DNA of 64,000 nt from Terriglobia bacterium (lineage in GTDB: Bacteria; Acidobacteriota; Terriglobia; JAJPHL01; JAPKYU01), in assembly GCA_965206645.1 (NCBI GenBank), contig CBDBKE010000004.1, forward strand, positions 1,408,001-1,472,000, written 5' to 3'. The position numbers were made by a program, and so were the translations under genes. Shown here one piece after another: positions 9,271 to 19,789 of this stretch. Under the pieces are notes generated by a model, which was given only the letters and a program-made list of their open reading frames with translations, had not been told where the DNA came from and did no database searches. Numbering within the stretch: the stretch's first letter is position 1; each line of letters begins with the position of its first letter.

Positions 9271-10479
9271 ATGCATACGGATACGATCGAGGCGGTCGGT
9301 CACCTGATTGACTCCCACCTGCTGGAAGCAGTGTTCGACAGGGTGATCGAGCACGGCGCCAAGTTTGAGATCGTCAAGTTCGAGATTGGCCGCACCAACG
9401 AGCAGTTCTCGCACCTGGTGATGAAGGTGCACGCGGCAGAGGCCACGGTCCTGGACCAGCTGCTGGAAGAGCTGCTGGCTCTGGGCTGTTACCGCACCAC
9501 GCAGAGTAATGCTCTGCTGCGCGCCTGCGACCAGGATGGATGCGCGCCGGAAGATTTTTACTCGACCACCAATCACCGCACCCAGCTTCTCCACGGGGGC
9601 CAGTGGATCACGGTGGAGCGGCAGCGCATGGATGCCGCCATCGTGGTGCGCGACGGAGCGGCCGCCTGCGTCCGGCTGCGGGATCTCCGCGCCGGCGATC
9701 TGGCGGTCTGCGGCCCCGGGGGTCTGCGGGTGCTGCCCGATTTCAAGCAGCGCGACCGCACCGGCTTTGGCTTCATGTCCAGCGAAGTGTCCTCGGAGCG
9801 GCGGGTGGAATCGGCGGCCGCGCGCACGGCGGAAATGATGCGGCGCATTCGCGCCGAAAACAGGCGCATCGTGGTGGTGGCTGGACCCGTGGTGGTGCAC
9901 ACCGGGGCTGCCGATGCGCTGGCTGCCCTGGTCCGTCTCGGTTACGTCAATGCGCTGCTGTCCGGCAACGCGCTGGCCGTGCACGACGCCGAGCATGCTC
10001 TGTTCGGCACCTCGCTTGGCATCCACCTGGAGCGCGGCGCGGCGGCCGAGCACGGCCACAGCAACCACATGCGCGCCATCAACCTGGTGCGCAGGGCGGG
10101 CGGCCTGTGCGCCGCCGTCAACGCCGGCTTGCTCTGCCGCGGCATCCTGTACGAATGCGTGCGCGGCCAGGTGCCGTTCGTGCTGGCCGGGAGCATCCGC
10201 GACGACGGGCCCATGCCGGAGACGATTACGGACGCGAGCCGCGCCCAGGACCTCTATGCGCAATACCTGGAGGATGCAGCCCTGGTCCTGTGCCTGGGCA
10301 CGATGCTGCACTCCATTGGCGTGGCGAACATGTTGCCTTCCTGGGTTCCACTGGTGGCCGTGGACATCAATCCGGCGGTGGTGACCAAGATCGCCGATCG
10401 CGGGTCTTCCCAGACCATCGGGCTGGTGACCGACGTGGGCCTGGTCCTCCACCTGCTGGAACGAATGCTCACCGAATAG
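9271..10479 (+). CDS. TIGR00300-type protein (LOR/SDH domain; ArgZ/AgrE-type ornithine cyclodeaminase module)
   Basis: GHLIDS, APEDFYSTTNH, FGFMSSEVSSER, GNALAVHDAE, LAGSIRDDGP, VDINP..VTK..DRGS. Confidence 0.85.
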   Translation: MHTDTIEAVGHLIDSHLLEAVFDRVIEHGAKFEIVKFEIGRTNEQFSHLVMKVHAAEATVLDQLLEELLALGCYRTTQSNALLRACDQDGCAPEDFYSTTNHRTQLLHGGQWITVERQRMDAAIVVRDGAAACVRLRDLRAGDLAVCGPGGLRVLPDFKQRDRTGFGFMSSEVSSERRVESAAARTAEMMRRIRAENRRIVVVAGPVVVHTGAADALAALVRLGYVNALLSGNALAVHDAEHALFGTSLGIHLERGAAAEHGHSNHMRAINLVRRAGGLCAAVNAGLLCRGILYECVRGQVPFVLAGSIRDDGPMPETITDASRAQDLYAQYLEDAALVLCLGTMLHSIGVANMLPSWVPLVAVDINPAVVTKIADRGSSQTIGLVTDVGLVLHLLERMLTE

Positions 10480-10573
10480 GGCTCGGTAGTTTGTGCCGCG
10501 CTACCCGAAAGCTGGTCGCCGCACGCGGCACTTTTCGCACTCTCACCTTACTGGGGAAAAAACGAGTAGCCTT

Positions 10574-10937
10574 TTGCGCTCAAACCGGCCGAAAGCGACC
10601 AGGGAGCTGGTGCGATTTATAATACGGAGAGAATTCCCAAGCGAAGATGCCAACGACGCGCTTCAGATTCTGGACCATTACTGCGGGCAATGAGCGCGAT
10701 CGCGTCCATCTTGCCATTCTAAAGCTCAGTCGGGGCATCAAGGCGGAGCTTCCCCAGTGGATTGATACTGCCAACCGGGATTACCGAGATGTGCTTTCCC
10801 CCGCGGAATACCCTCATTACCTGGAACACAGCTTCGAGGCGCTGAGAAAGAATCCGGCTCTCAGGAAGAAGGTCGAAGAGGAAGACCAGCGACAGTACAT
10901 TGCTTGGCTGGAGCGTAGGGAAGGACCAAACGGCTGA
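10574..10937 (+). pseudogene. Small hypothetical protein with one frameshift near 10680
   Basis: Frame A ...VRFIIRREFPSEDANDALQILDHY continues naturally into frame B GNERDRVHLAILKLS...ANRDYRDVLSPAEYP with one extra base. Confidence 0.55.
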
Positions 10938-11100
10938 TTGGGGAAATTTGGCGGCAGCTCACAGGAGTCGGGCGGGACAGCCTCAACGGAACGGGTACTG
11001 GAACGGGCACTTTCGGGAATGGGACTCAACATTCCAGTCTTTGGCCAGTCTCTGGCCATCTCTGGACTTTGCACCTCAGACTTTGGATTAGAATGAAAGC

Positions 11101-12336
11101 GTGCCGTTCGAGCTCTGGGTTGCTCTGCGCTACCTGAAGGCCCGCCGCAGCGAAGCGGTGCTGTCGGTCATTACCGCCATCTCGATCATCGGCGTCACCG
11201 CCGGAGTGGCCTCGCTGGTGATCGCCCTGGCCATTACCAACGGATTTCGCCGCCACCTGGAGCAGAGCCTGCTCAGCGCCATCCCTCACGTCAACCTGCT
11301 GCGCAACGACACCGAAGGCATCGCCAACTGGCGCGAGATGGCGCAGCAACTGGAAGCCGAGCCGGACGTGGTGGCAGCCGCGCCGGCCGTCTATGCGCAA
11401 GTCCTGCTCTCCGGGCCCGTTCGGTCCCAGGGAGCGATGCTCAAGGGAGTGGTGCCGGAGATGGAGCTGCGCGCCGGAGACCTGCTGCGGCACCTGAGCG
11501 AGGGCAGCATCGCGCCGCTGGCCGAACCGCTCGTCCCCGGCCAGGCGCCACCGCTGGTGCTCGGCAAGGAGCTGGCCGAGGCGCTGGGCGTGCGCACCGG
11601 CGATTTCATCACAGCCACTTCGCCGCGCGGCCGGTTGTCGCCGATCGGGGAATTTCCCCGCTACCAGCGCTTTCGCGTGGTGGGCGTGTTCGACAGTGGC
11701 TTCTTCAACTTCGATGCCGAGTGGGCCTTCACCTCGCTGGAGGCCGCGCAGCGCCTGTTCCTGCTGGGAGACGTGGCCAGCGCTGTCGGCTTGCGCCTGG
11801 ACGACCTCTACCGCGCGCCGGAAATCGCTGAACGTATGAAGCAGCAAGCCGGCCCGGGCTTCGGCGCCACCAACTGGATCGAGCAGAACCGCACCCTGTT
11901 CCGCGCGCTGCGGTTTGAGAGAACTGTTACCATCCTGATCATCGGCCTCATCGTCTTTGTGGCCGCGCTGAACCTGTTCATCCGCCTCTACCTGCTGGTG
12001 GTGGAAAAGAACCGCGATATCGCCGTCTTGATGGCCATGGGCGCGCAGATCGGACAGATTCGGCGGATCTTTCAGTACCAGGGTCTCTTCATTGGTGTGT
12101 TCGGCACGCTGTTGGGGTTGGCGACCGGCTATGCGCTTTCCTATTTTGGAAGCCACTACAAACTAATCCGGCTGGAAGCCGATATATACTCCATTAGCTA
12201 CGTGCCGTTTGAGATCGGGGCGCTGGATGGCCTGTGGATCGGGGCGGCGGCGGTGCTGATCAGTTATGTCTCGACCATCTACCCGGCGCGGACCGCGGCG
12301 GCGATTGACCCAGCCGAAGCGCTGCGCTACGAGTAG
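11101..12336 (+). CDS. lolE: Lipoprotein-releasing ABC transporter permease (LolC/E family)
   Basis: ELWVALRYL, four TM segments, EKNRDIAVLMAMGA, YPARTAAAIDPAEALRYE. Confidence 0.9.
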   Translation: MPFELWVALRYLKARRSEAVLSVITAISIIGVTAGVASLVIALAITNGFRRHLEQSLLSAIPHVNLLRNDTEGIANWREMAQQLEAEPDVVAAAPAVYAQVLLSGPVRSQGAMLKGVVPEMELRAGDLLRHLSEGSIAPLAEPLVPGQAPPLVLGKELAEALGVRTGDFITATSPRGRLSPIGEFPRYQRFRVVGVFDSGFFNFDAEWAFTSLEAAQRLFLLGDVASAVGLRLDDLYRAPEIAERMKQQAGPGFGATNWIEQNRTLFRALRFERTVTILIIGLIVFVAALNLFIRLYLLVVEKNRDIAVLMAMGAQIGQIRRIFQYQGLFIGVFGTLLGLATGYALSYFGSHYKLIRLEADIYSISYVPFEIGALDGLWIGAAAVLISYVSTIYPARTAAAIDPAEALRYE

Positions 12337-12380
12337 CAGCCCCGGGACCAGCGGGTCGCAGAGGCCGGGGCGATAGAAAA

Positions 12381-13082
12381 TTGGCGGTCGTGCTGAGAGC
12401 CGTAAGGCTGACAAAGAACTTTCGGTCCGGTTGGACGGAGATCACCGTCTTGGACGAGTTGCACCTGGAGGTGACCCGAGGCGAGATGCTCGCCATCATG
12501 GGTGCGTCCGGTGCGGGCAAGAGCACCTTGCTGCAAATCCTGGGTACGCTGGACAGGCCTACAGCAGGTGAGTTATACTTTTCTGAGCAAGCTTTTTCCG
12601 GCTGGACTGCGAATGAGGTCACCAGGTTTCGGAACCGGGAGGTTGGGTTTGTTTGGCAGTTTCATTACCTGCTTCCGGAGTTTTCGGCCTTGGAAAACGT
12701 GAGCCTGCCCTTGCGCATCCACGGAGTCTGGCCGGCAGAAGCGGAACGACGCGGGCGGGAATTGTTGGCGGAGGTCGGGCTGGCCCAGCGGGCTCAGCAC
12801 CGACCGGGAGAGCTATCCGGCGGCGAGCAGCAGCGGGTGGCTCTGGCCAGAGCGCTGGTGGGACGGCCCTCCCTGTTGCTGGCCGATGAGCCGACCGGCA
12901 GCCTGGATTATAAGACGGCAAACATGGTCTTGGACCTGATCGAGCAACTGCACCGCAGATACCAGCTCACCTCGGTGATTGCGACCCACAACGTCGCCGT
13001 GGCGCAGCGTTGCCAGCGGGTGTTGCAGCTGGAGGCCGGCCGCTTGCAGCCGGTGGTGAACCTGGCAGGACATCAGGTCTAG
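12381..13082 (+). CDS. lolD: Lipoprotein-releasing ABC transporter ATPase
   Basis: GASGAGKST, LSGGEQQRVALARAL, ADEPTG; follows the lolC/E-like gene. Confidence 0.9.
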   Translation: MAVVLRAVRLTKNFRSGWTEITVLDELHLEVTRGEMLAIMGASGAGKSTLLQILGTLDRPTAGELYFSEQAFSGWTANEVTRFRNREVGFVWQFHYLLPEFSALENVSLPLRIHGVWPAEAERRGRELLAEVGLAQRAQHRPGELSGGEQQRVALARALVGRPSLLLADEPTGSLDYKTANMVLDLIEQLHRRYQLTSVIATHNVAVAQRCQRVLQLEAGRLQPVVNLAGHQV

Positions 13083-13158
13083 CCGAAGCGTCACCCAGTT
13101 GGTTCCGCATTTTGCGGGTCTGGGTTGGCAGAGGAACCGGGCGGGCGGAAACAAGGCG

Positions 13159-15612
13159 ATGTTCGAGCGATACACCGAGAAGGCCCGGCGAGTGATCTTT
13201 TTTGCTCGCTACGAGGCCAGCCAGTTTGGCAGTCCCTACATTGAGACCGAGCACCTGTTGCTGGGCCTGCTCCGCGAAGACAAGGCCTTAACCAACCGTT
13301 TCCTTCGTATCCACACCTCGGTGGAATCGATCCGCAAGCAGATCGAAGGACACACCACGATGCGGGAGAAAGTTTCCACCTCGGTGGATCTTCCGCTGTC
13401 GCACGAATGCAAGCGCGTCCTGGCCTACGCGGCAGAAGAAGCCGAGAGGCTGAGCCACAAACACATTGGGACTGAGCATCTGCTCCTCGGACTTTTGCGC
13501 GAAGAGAAATGCTTCGCTGCCGAGCTCCTTCACGAGCGCGGGCTACGGCTCTCCACCATCCGGGAGGAACTAGCTCGCCAACACAGTGAAAAAGTGTCCA
13601 GTCGCCCAAAAGAAAGTTCCCTTCTGGCCGAATTCAGTCGCGACCTGACGCAGGCTGCCATGGACAACGCGCTGGATCCGCTGATCGGCCGCGAAAATGA
13701 AGTCGAGCGCCTCATTCAGATCCTCTGCCGGCGCACCAAGAACAACCCGGTGCTGATTGGAGAGCCTGGAGTGGGCAAGACCGCCATTGTCGAAGGCATG
13801 GCCCAGCGCATTGATAGTGGTGATGTGCCCTCCTTCCTGGCCGAGAAGCGCATCCTGGGGCTGGACCTGTCGCTGATTGTGGCCGGCACCAAGTACCGCG
13901 GGCAATTTGAAGAACGTCTGAAGACCATCATGAAGGAGTTGATGGACAATCAGAACGTCATCATCTTCATTGACGAATTGCACACGCTGGTTGGAGCCGG
14001 TTCCGCCGAGGGTTCCCTGGATGCCGCCAACATTCTGAAGCCGGCGCTGTCGCGGGGCGAGATTCAGTGCATCGGCGCCACGACTCCGGCGGAGTACCGC
14101 AAGTCGATCGAGAGGGACCGGTCGCTGGAGCGTCGCTTCCAGACGGTGAAGGTGCCACCGCCCACCGAGGCCGATGCCGTCCAGATCCTCTACGGCATCA
14201 AGGATCGCTACGAGAAGTTCCACGCCGTCACTTACACGGACGAGGCGTTGGAAGTGGCCGTCTACCACTCCAGCCGCTACATCCCGGATCGCTTCCTGCC
14301 GGACAAAGCGATTGACCTGGTGGACGAGGCCGGCGCGCGCGTCAAACTGCGCCAGACCACCCTGCCCGACGAACTGGCCGAAGTGCAGAAGCGCATCAAG
14401 TTCATCGTGCACCGGATGGAGAACGCCATCGCCAACCACGAGTTTGAGAAGGCGCGCTTTTACAGCGACGAGGAGCGACGCGAGCGCGAGCACCTGCGGA
14501 TCCTGCGCGAGAAGTACCATTTGGATGATTCCTCAACTGGCGTGGTCAGCAAGGAGGATATCGAGGATGTGGTATCGCGCTGGACGGGCGTCCCGGTCTC
14601 CTCGATCAAGGAAGAGGAGATGAGCAAGCTCCTGCGCTTCGAGGAGGAGCTGCACAAGCGCGTCATCAGCCAGGACCAAGCGATTTCGGCGCTGGGCCGG
14701 GCCATCCGCCGCGCACGGGCGGGGTTGAAAAATCCGGCCCGCCCGGTGGGCTCCTTCCTGTTCCTGGGCCCCACGGGCGTGGGCAAGACGGAGGTCGCCC
14801 GCTGCCTGGCCCAGTTCTTGTTCAGCACCGAGAAGGCGCTGATTCGCTTTGACATGTCCGAGTTCATGGAAAAACACTCGGTGTCCAAGCTGATTGGGTC
14901 GCCGCCCGGTTACGTCGGCTATGAGGAAGGCGGCCAACTCACCGAGCGAGTGCGACGCTCCCCCTACTCGGTTATCCTTCTGGACGAGATCGAAAAAGCG
15001 CACCCGGACGTCTACAACATCCTGCTGCAGGTGTTCGAGGACGGCCAGCTCACCGACGGGTTGGGCAACGCGGTGGACTTCAAGAACACCATCATCATCA
15101 TGACCTCCAATATCGGCGCCCGCCACCTGCAGAAGCGTTCCAGCCTGGGCTTTCAGGCCAGTGAGGCTTCCAGCCAGACCCAGGTGGAAGATCTGGTGCG
15201 CAGCGAGGTCAAGCGCACCTTCAACCCCGAGTTCCTAAACCGGCTGGACGAAGTGATCATTTTCAACTCGTTGACCGATGAGGACCTGTTGCGCATCGTC
15301 CTGTTGCTGGTTGAGCAGGTCAACGCCCAGCTGGCCCATCGCCAGATCTCGCTGCATGTCACCGAAGAGGCTGCCAAATGGATCCTGGTGAAAACCTGCT
15401 CTGACCGCAGCTATGGCGCTCGCCCGCTACGTCGCACTCTGCAGAAGTACCTTGAGGACCCACTGTCGGAAGCGCTGATCCAGGGCAGCATTCGCCGTCC
15501 CGCCTGCTTGGAAGTCTTTCTGCAGGGGGACAGCCTGTATTACCGTCCGGCGGACTCCAACACCGGCTCAGAGGAAACCGCCCTGTCAGAGCCGGTGTTG
15601 CTCTACAAATAA
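13159..15612 (+). CDS. clpC: ATP-dependent Clp protease ATP-binding subunit (ClpC/ClpA family)
   Basis: [12 protein letters not shown]-domain repeats and two AAA+ modules ([16 protein letters not shown]). Confidence 0.95.
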   Translation: MFERYTEKARRVIFFARYEASQFGSPYIETEHLLLGLLREDKALTNRFLRIHTSVESIRKQIEGHTTMREKVSTSVDLPLSHECKRVLAYAAEEAERLSHKHIGTEHLLLGLLREEKCFAAELLHERGLRLSTIREELARQHSEKVSSRPKESSLLAEFSRDLTQAAMDNALDPLIGRENEVERLIQILCRRTKNNPVLIGEPGVGKTAIVEGMAQRIDSGDVPSFLAEKRILGLDLSLIVAGTKYRGQFEERLKTIMKELMDNQNVIIFIDELHTLVGAGSAEGSLDAANILKPALSRGEIQCIGATTPAEYRKSIERDRSLERRFQTVKVPPPTEADAVQILYGIKDRYEKFHAVTYTDEALEVAVYHSSRYIPDRFLPDKAIDLVDEAGARVKLRQTTLPDELAEVQKRIKFIVHRMENAIANHEFEKARFYSDEERREREHLRILREKYHLDDSSTGVVSKEDIEDVVSRWTGVPVSSIKEEEMSKLLRFEEELHKRVISQDQAISALGRAIRRARAGLKNPARPVGSFLFLGPTGVGKTEVARCLAQFLFSTEKALIRFDMSEFMEKHSVSKLIGSPPGYVGYEEGGQLTERVRRSPYSVILLDEIEKAHPDVYNILLQVFEDGQLTDGLGNAVDFKNTIIIMTSNIGARHLQKRSSLGFQASEASSQTQVEDLVRSEVKRTFNPEFLNRLDEVIIFNSLTDEDLLRIVLLLVEQVNAQLAHRQISLHVTEEAAKWILVKTCSDRSYGARPLRRTLQKYLEDPLSEALIQGSIRRPACLEVFLQGDSLYYRPADSNTGSEETALSEPVLLYK

Positions 15613-15780
15613 GTTTGGGGCAGCCGGCTCTCGCGCTCAACCAGTCCTTTCCTTCTCCCTGTATAGCCATTGCTTGGTGGTGGGTTTGTGTTGTTGCCTT
15701 ACCGGCTTTTGAGGTGTCGGGAAATCCGCAAGTGATACGAAACGTGTTTGAAGGGGGCGCGAGATTGGCCGGCGCTAATC

Positions 15781-16947
15781 TTAGCCATCCGCCGTCGCCA
15801 GCCTGCTTTCCGCGACGGACGGAAGTTGGGCTGCCAGGCGCAGCAGTTCGCGCTCGGGCTCCTCTGTCCGCTTGAGCTGGCCGCAGGCAGCAAAGATGTC
15901 ACGGCCGCGGGGTTTGCGAATGAAGGCCAAAACGCCCGCCTCCACCAGAATGCCCTGGAAGCTGCGGACGCGTTGGTCAGAGGGGGTGCGGAAGGGGAGT
16001 TCGGCGCCCGGGTTCAGCGCGATAAGGTTGACCTTAGTGCGCCCCGCGCCGACCCGTTTTACCAGCCGGACCAAGCGGCGAGCATCGGCAGGCGTATCGT
16101 TGATCCCGTCCAGAAGCGCGTACTCAAATGTCAGTCGCTCGCCCGGTCGCAGCGGAAACGAGCGGCAGGCCTTGAGCAGCGTGGCAATGGGCCACTTCTT
16201 GTTGAGCGGCATCAGCCGGCTGCGCACCCCATCTGTGGTCGCGTTGAGGGACACCGCCAGCCTGGGTCTCACCGGTTCACGGCCCAGGTCCGCGATGCGC
16301 GGGACAACACCTGCCGTGGAGAGCGTCATGCGGCGCGCGGAAAGGCCCACGCCCTGGGAGTCGGCCAGCAGACGCACCGACGCCATCACCGCGTCATAGT
16401 TCAGCAGCGGCTCGCCCATTCCCATCAACACCAGGTTCACTGGCCGGCGGGTGGCTTCGCCCAGTTCCAGGCCCAGTTCCAGGCCCGGTTCCAGGCCAAG
16501 TCCCAGGCCGTTCCTTTCGGCCACCAGCAGCACCTGGCCGACAATCTCCCCCGCGCTGAGATTGCGGATAAGCCCCAACAGGGCGGTCAGGCAGAACTTG
16601 CAGTTGACCGGGCACCCTACTTGGGTGGAAAGGCAGATTGTGTCGCGGCCTTGCTCCGGCATCAGAACGGTTTCGATGGTTTCGCCATCCCGGAGCCGGA
16701 GCAGATAGCGGACGGTTCCGTCGGTCGAGCGGAACTCCCTTTCAATCAACGGCCAGCTGATCCGGGCCTGCTCTAGCAGGCGCCGTCGCAGGGGTCGTGA
16801 AAGGGTGGAGATCCGGGCTGGGTCCCGAAGCCGTTGGCGGTAGAGGGCCGTGTAAAGCTGGGTGGCGCGATAGGACGGCTCGCCCCACCGGGCCAGCAAT
16901 GCCTCCAGCGCCTTGCGGTCCATTCCCAGCAGTTCGATGGGAGCCAT
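15781..16947 (-). CDS. rlmN: 23S rRNA/tRNA m2A radical SAM methyltransferase
   Basis: STQVGCPVNCKFC, MGMGEPLLN, RGRDIFAACGQL. Confidence 0.95.
   Translation of the reverse strand: MAPIELLGMDRKALEALLARWGEPSYRATQLYTALYRQRLRDPARISTLSRPLRRRLLEQARISWPLIEREFRSTDGTVRYLLRLRDGETIETVLMPEQGRDTICLSTQVGCPVNCKFCLTALLGLIRNLSAGEIVGQVLLVAERNGLGLGLEPGLELGLELGEATRRPVNLVLMGMGEPLLNYDAVMASVRLLADSQGVGLSARRMTLSTAGVVPRIADLGREPVRPRLAVSLNATTDGVRSRLMPLNKKWPIATLLKACRSFPLRPGERLTFEYALLDGINDTPADARRLVRLVKRVGAGRTKVNLIALNPGAELPFRTPSDQRVRSFQGILVEAGVLAFIRKPRGRDIFAACGQLKRTEEPERELLRLAAQLPSVAESRLATADG
16461..16508. repeat. 4 x 12-bp in-frame tandem repeat (CCAGTTCCAGGC) inside rlmN
   Basis: Encodes GLGLGLEPGLELGLELG just before the NLVLMGMGEP motif. 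Confidence 0.85.
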
Positions 16948-17076
16948 CGGCTGTCATTCTAGCATGCAGCCTGCCTGGCCTAGTTCTCGGGCGGGCAGGG
17001 CGTATGGCTGGAATTCCCTCTCGGCCTGTGTTACAAAGGAGTTGAGTCCTCTGCGCTAGCTCTGACGATTCGCCTC

Positions 17077-18357
17077 ATGAGCCAAAAGGAAACGCGAGCC
17101 ATCCGACGGGAAGTCTTTCCCAACGGGCTCACTGTTATCACCGAGACCATGCCCCATGTGCGCTCCGTTTCGGTGGGCATCTGGATGAAAACCGGCTCGC
17201 GCCGCGAGGCCCCCGAGCAAAACGGCATCTCGCATTTCATCGAGCACATGCTGTTCAAGGGGACCCAAACCAGGACGGCCGAAGAGATCGCTCGCTCGGT
17301 GGATTCCATCGGCGGCCACCTGGACGCGTTCACGGCCAAAGAGTGCGTCTGCCTGAATACCAAAATTCTCGATGAGCACCTTCCTTTCGCTCTGGAAGTG
17401 CTTTCGGACCTGGTTTTGAACCCGTTGTTCAAAGATGATGACATTGTCCGGGAACACGGGGTGGTGCTGGAAGAGTTGAAGATGGACGAGGACAGCCCCG
17501 ATTACCTCGTCCACGAGATCTTCACTCAGAATTTCTGGCGCGACCACTCGCTGGGCAAACCCATCCTGGGGACCAAGGAAAGCATCAAGCGGTTGGGAGG
17601 GAAGTCGCTTTGGGAGCACTTCCGCTGCCACTACGTGCCCAACAACATGATTTTGTCGGCGGCGGGCAATCTGGATCATCGTCATCTGGTGGACCTGGTC
17701 GGGAAATACTACGGAGCGCTGGCACCATGCTCGCCACTGAAGCCAGAGCTCGTGCCCGTGCCGCACTCTCATCTCACACTGCGCAACAAGAAAGACTTGG
17801 GGCAGGTGCACCTGTGCCTGGGGGTGCCGTCCTATCCGCTGTCACATGAACGCCGCTATGCGTGCTACGTGCTGAACACATTGCTGGGTGGGGGCATGAG
17901 TTCGCGGCTGTTCCAGAATATTCGCGAGCGCCAGGGCCTGGCTTACGCCGTGTTCTCCGAATTGAGCCCCTACCGGGACGCGGGCTGCCTGTCGGTGTAC
18001 GCTGGCACCTCGGCGGATACGGTCCGCAAGGTCATGGATTTGATTCTGGAAGAGTTCCGTAATCTGAAGGCCAGCCCCGTTCCGTCAGAGGAGCTGCGGC
18101 GCGCCAAGGACCACCTGAAGGGCAGCCTGATGCTCTCGCTGGAGTCCACCACCAGCCGCATGTCCAACTTGGCCCGACAGGAAATGTATTTTGGCAAGTT
18201 TTTCTCACTGGACGAGATCACCGCTAAAATCGAGCAGGTGACGCCGGAAGAGTTGCTGGAGATCGCACGCGAGTTTTTCCTCCCGCAAAGCATCGCGGTG
18301 ACGGCCCTGGGGAATCTGGACGGACTGAAAATCAGCCGCGAGCATCTGGCGTGTTAG
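17077..18357 (+). CDS. M16 family (pitrilysin-like) zinc peptidase
   Basis: HFIEH inverted zincin motif, LGGGMSSRLFQNIRERQGLAY. Confidence 0.93.
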   Translation: MSQKETRAIRREVFPNGLTVITETMPHVRSVSVGIWMKTGSRREAPEQNGISHFIEHMLFKGTQTRTAEEIARSVDSIGGHLDAFTAKECVCLNTKILDEHLPFALEVLSDLVLNPLFKDDDIVREHGVVLEELKMDEDSPDYLVHEIFTQNFWRDHSLGKPILGTKESIKRLGGKSLWEHFRCHYVPNNMILSAAGNLDHRHLVDLVGKYYGALAPCSPLKPELVPVPHSHLTLRNKKDLGQVHLCLGVPSYPLSHERRYACYVLNTLLGGGMSSRLFQNIRERQGLAYAVFSELSPYRDAGCLSVYAGTSADTVRKVMDLILEEFRNLKASPVPSEELRRAKDHLKGSLMLSLESTTSRMSNLARQEMYFGKFFSLDEITAKIEQVTPEELLEIAREFFLPQSIAVTALGNLDGLKISREHLAC

Positions 18358-18417
18358 TGAAGCGCCTGACGTCTCCTGACTGGATCCTGGGAGTCGAGTT
18401 CACCTCGGAACAGCGCC

Positions 18418-19206
18418 ACGAGCATTCGAGTCTCAGTTCTGGGCAGCGGCAGTAGCGGGAACGCGACCCTGGTCGCCACCGAGCGAACCCGTCTGCTGGT
18501 GGACGCCGGACTCAGCCGCCGCGAGACTCTCCGCCGCCTGAAAGGCATGGGTGAGCCGGTCACCAGCCTGGACGGGATCCTCATCTCTCACGAGCATAAC
18601 GACCACGTGTCCGGCATGGCCCCCCTGGCTGCCGCCCTGAACATTCCTGTTTACTTGACTGCCTTGACCCGTCAAGCCCTTCCCTCCGTAGAGGAAACGT
18701 CGTCCGCCTTCGAAGTTTTCCAGCCAGGCCAGAAGTTTGCCATCAAAGACCTGGAAGTCGAGCCGTTCACCGTGCCGCACGATGCCGCTGACCCGGTGGG
18801 TTTCTGTTTTTCTGCTGCGGGCATTCGCATCGGGGTGTGTATGGACCTGGGTTATTTGCCCGAATCGGTCAAGGTGCACCTGCGTGGCTGTCAGTGTCTG
18901 GTGCTGGAGTCCAATCACGACCTGGATATGCTCAAGGTGGGCCCCTATCCCTGGATGGTCAAGCAGCGGGTCATGAGCCGCACCGGCCACTTGTCTAATA
19001 GCGCGGTCGCCGAGTTCCTCGCGAACGACTACGACGGGCAAGCACAGGTGCTGGTTCTGGCCCATCTCAGCGAGAACAACAACCATCCGGAAATTGCGCG
19101 GCTTTCCGCGGCCATGGCCCTGGAATCGTGCCCGGGCCGCGGAGGCGACCGGACGCGGTTGGTGATCAGCTCGCAAAAATCGGCCACTGAGCTGTTTCGG
19201 TTTTGA
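18418..19206 (+). CDS. MBL-fold metallo-hydrolase, YycJ/WalJ-like; start codon uncertain
   Basis: In-frame SIRVSVLGSGSSGNATLV lies upstream of the ORF-track start; SHEHNDH, VPHDA, LESNHD, GHLSN, HLSENNN. Confidence 0.85.
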   Translation, partial: TSIRVSVLGSGSSGNATLVATERTRLLVDAGLSRRETLRRLKGMGEPVTSLDGILISHEHNDHVSGMAPLAAALNIPVYLTALTRQALPSVEETSSAFEVFQPGQKFAIKDLEVEPFTVPHDAADPVGFCFSAAGIRIGVCMDLGYLPESVKVHLRGCQCLVLESNHDLDMLKVGPYPWMVKQRVMSRTGHLSNSAVAEFLANDYDGQAQVLVLAHLSENNNHPEIARLSAAMALESCPGRGGDRTRLVISSQKSATELFRF

Positions 19207-19276
19207 CGGAAGTTTCTCCCGCTAGTCTCCTGCAGAAGTGACTGCGCTGTGGCCTGGCGGCCGATCGGTGAGCCAG

Positions 19277-19768
19277 ATGCGGGCCTGGGTTTACAAAGTC
19301 AACGCTCGTCGGCCAGGCATTTTCACCGACTGGCACTTCGATCGCTATTTCCGCTATCGGGGCCGGAACCCCCACGAGATGGGCGGCTCAGAGTGGATTC
19401 GCTCGCCGATGAGCTGGGCTCATTTGAAGCGCGTGCGTCGGGAGGATTTGTTTGTCTGTTATCAGAGCGACGAGCGGCGGATTTACGGCCTGGCCCGCGC
19501 CGCCGGCCATGGCTACGAGGAGTTGCCTGGCAGCGGCCAATATAACTGTGTTGACTTTGCTCCGCAGGGACTGCGGCTGAAGAAGCCGCTGGACGTGACG
19601 GCCCCGGCCCATCGGACCGTGTTCAGCCACGTGCGAGCCTTTACCGTCCCCTCGCGCGGCACCATTCACCCGCTGGCGGCTGACGAACTCCGCTACGTCC
19701 TGCGGGCCCTGGCAACGGAGAATCCCGAACAGCGTCAGGTGATCGCGACTTGGCGCCGCAGGCGGTAA
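19277..19768 (+). CDS. Hypothetical protein, possibly EVE/PUA-like fold
   Basis: Pattern W-x-Y-K...W...W-I-R-S...L-K-R-V-x-x-x-D-L-F-V-C-Y-x-S...I-Y-G-L-A resembles the EVE layout. Confidence 0.5.
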   Translation: MRAWVYKVNARRPGIFTDWHFDRYFRYRGRNPHEMGGSEWIRSPMSWAHLKRVRREDLFVCYQSDERRIYGLARAAGHGYEELPGSGQYNCVDFAPQGLRLKKPLDVTAPAHRTVFSHVRAFTVPSRGTIHPLAADELRYVLRALATENPEQRQVIATWRRRR

Positions 19769-19789
19769 CCGCTTGCTATCGCTATCTAT

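Noticed and set aside
10682-10693. C-G-Q-UGA as a possible CxxU selenoprotein
   Set aside because: Read-through gives a short unremarkable tail; the shifted frame carries the protein-like continuation, so a frameshift explains it better.
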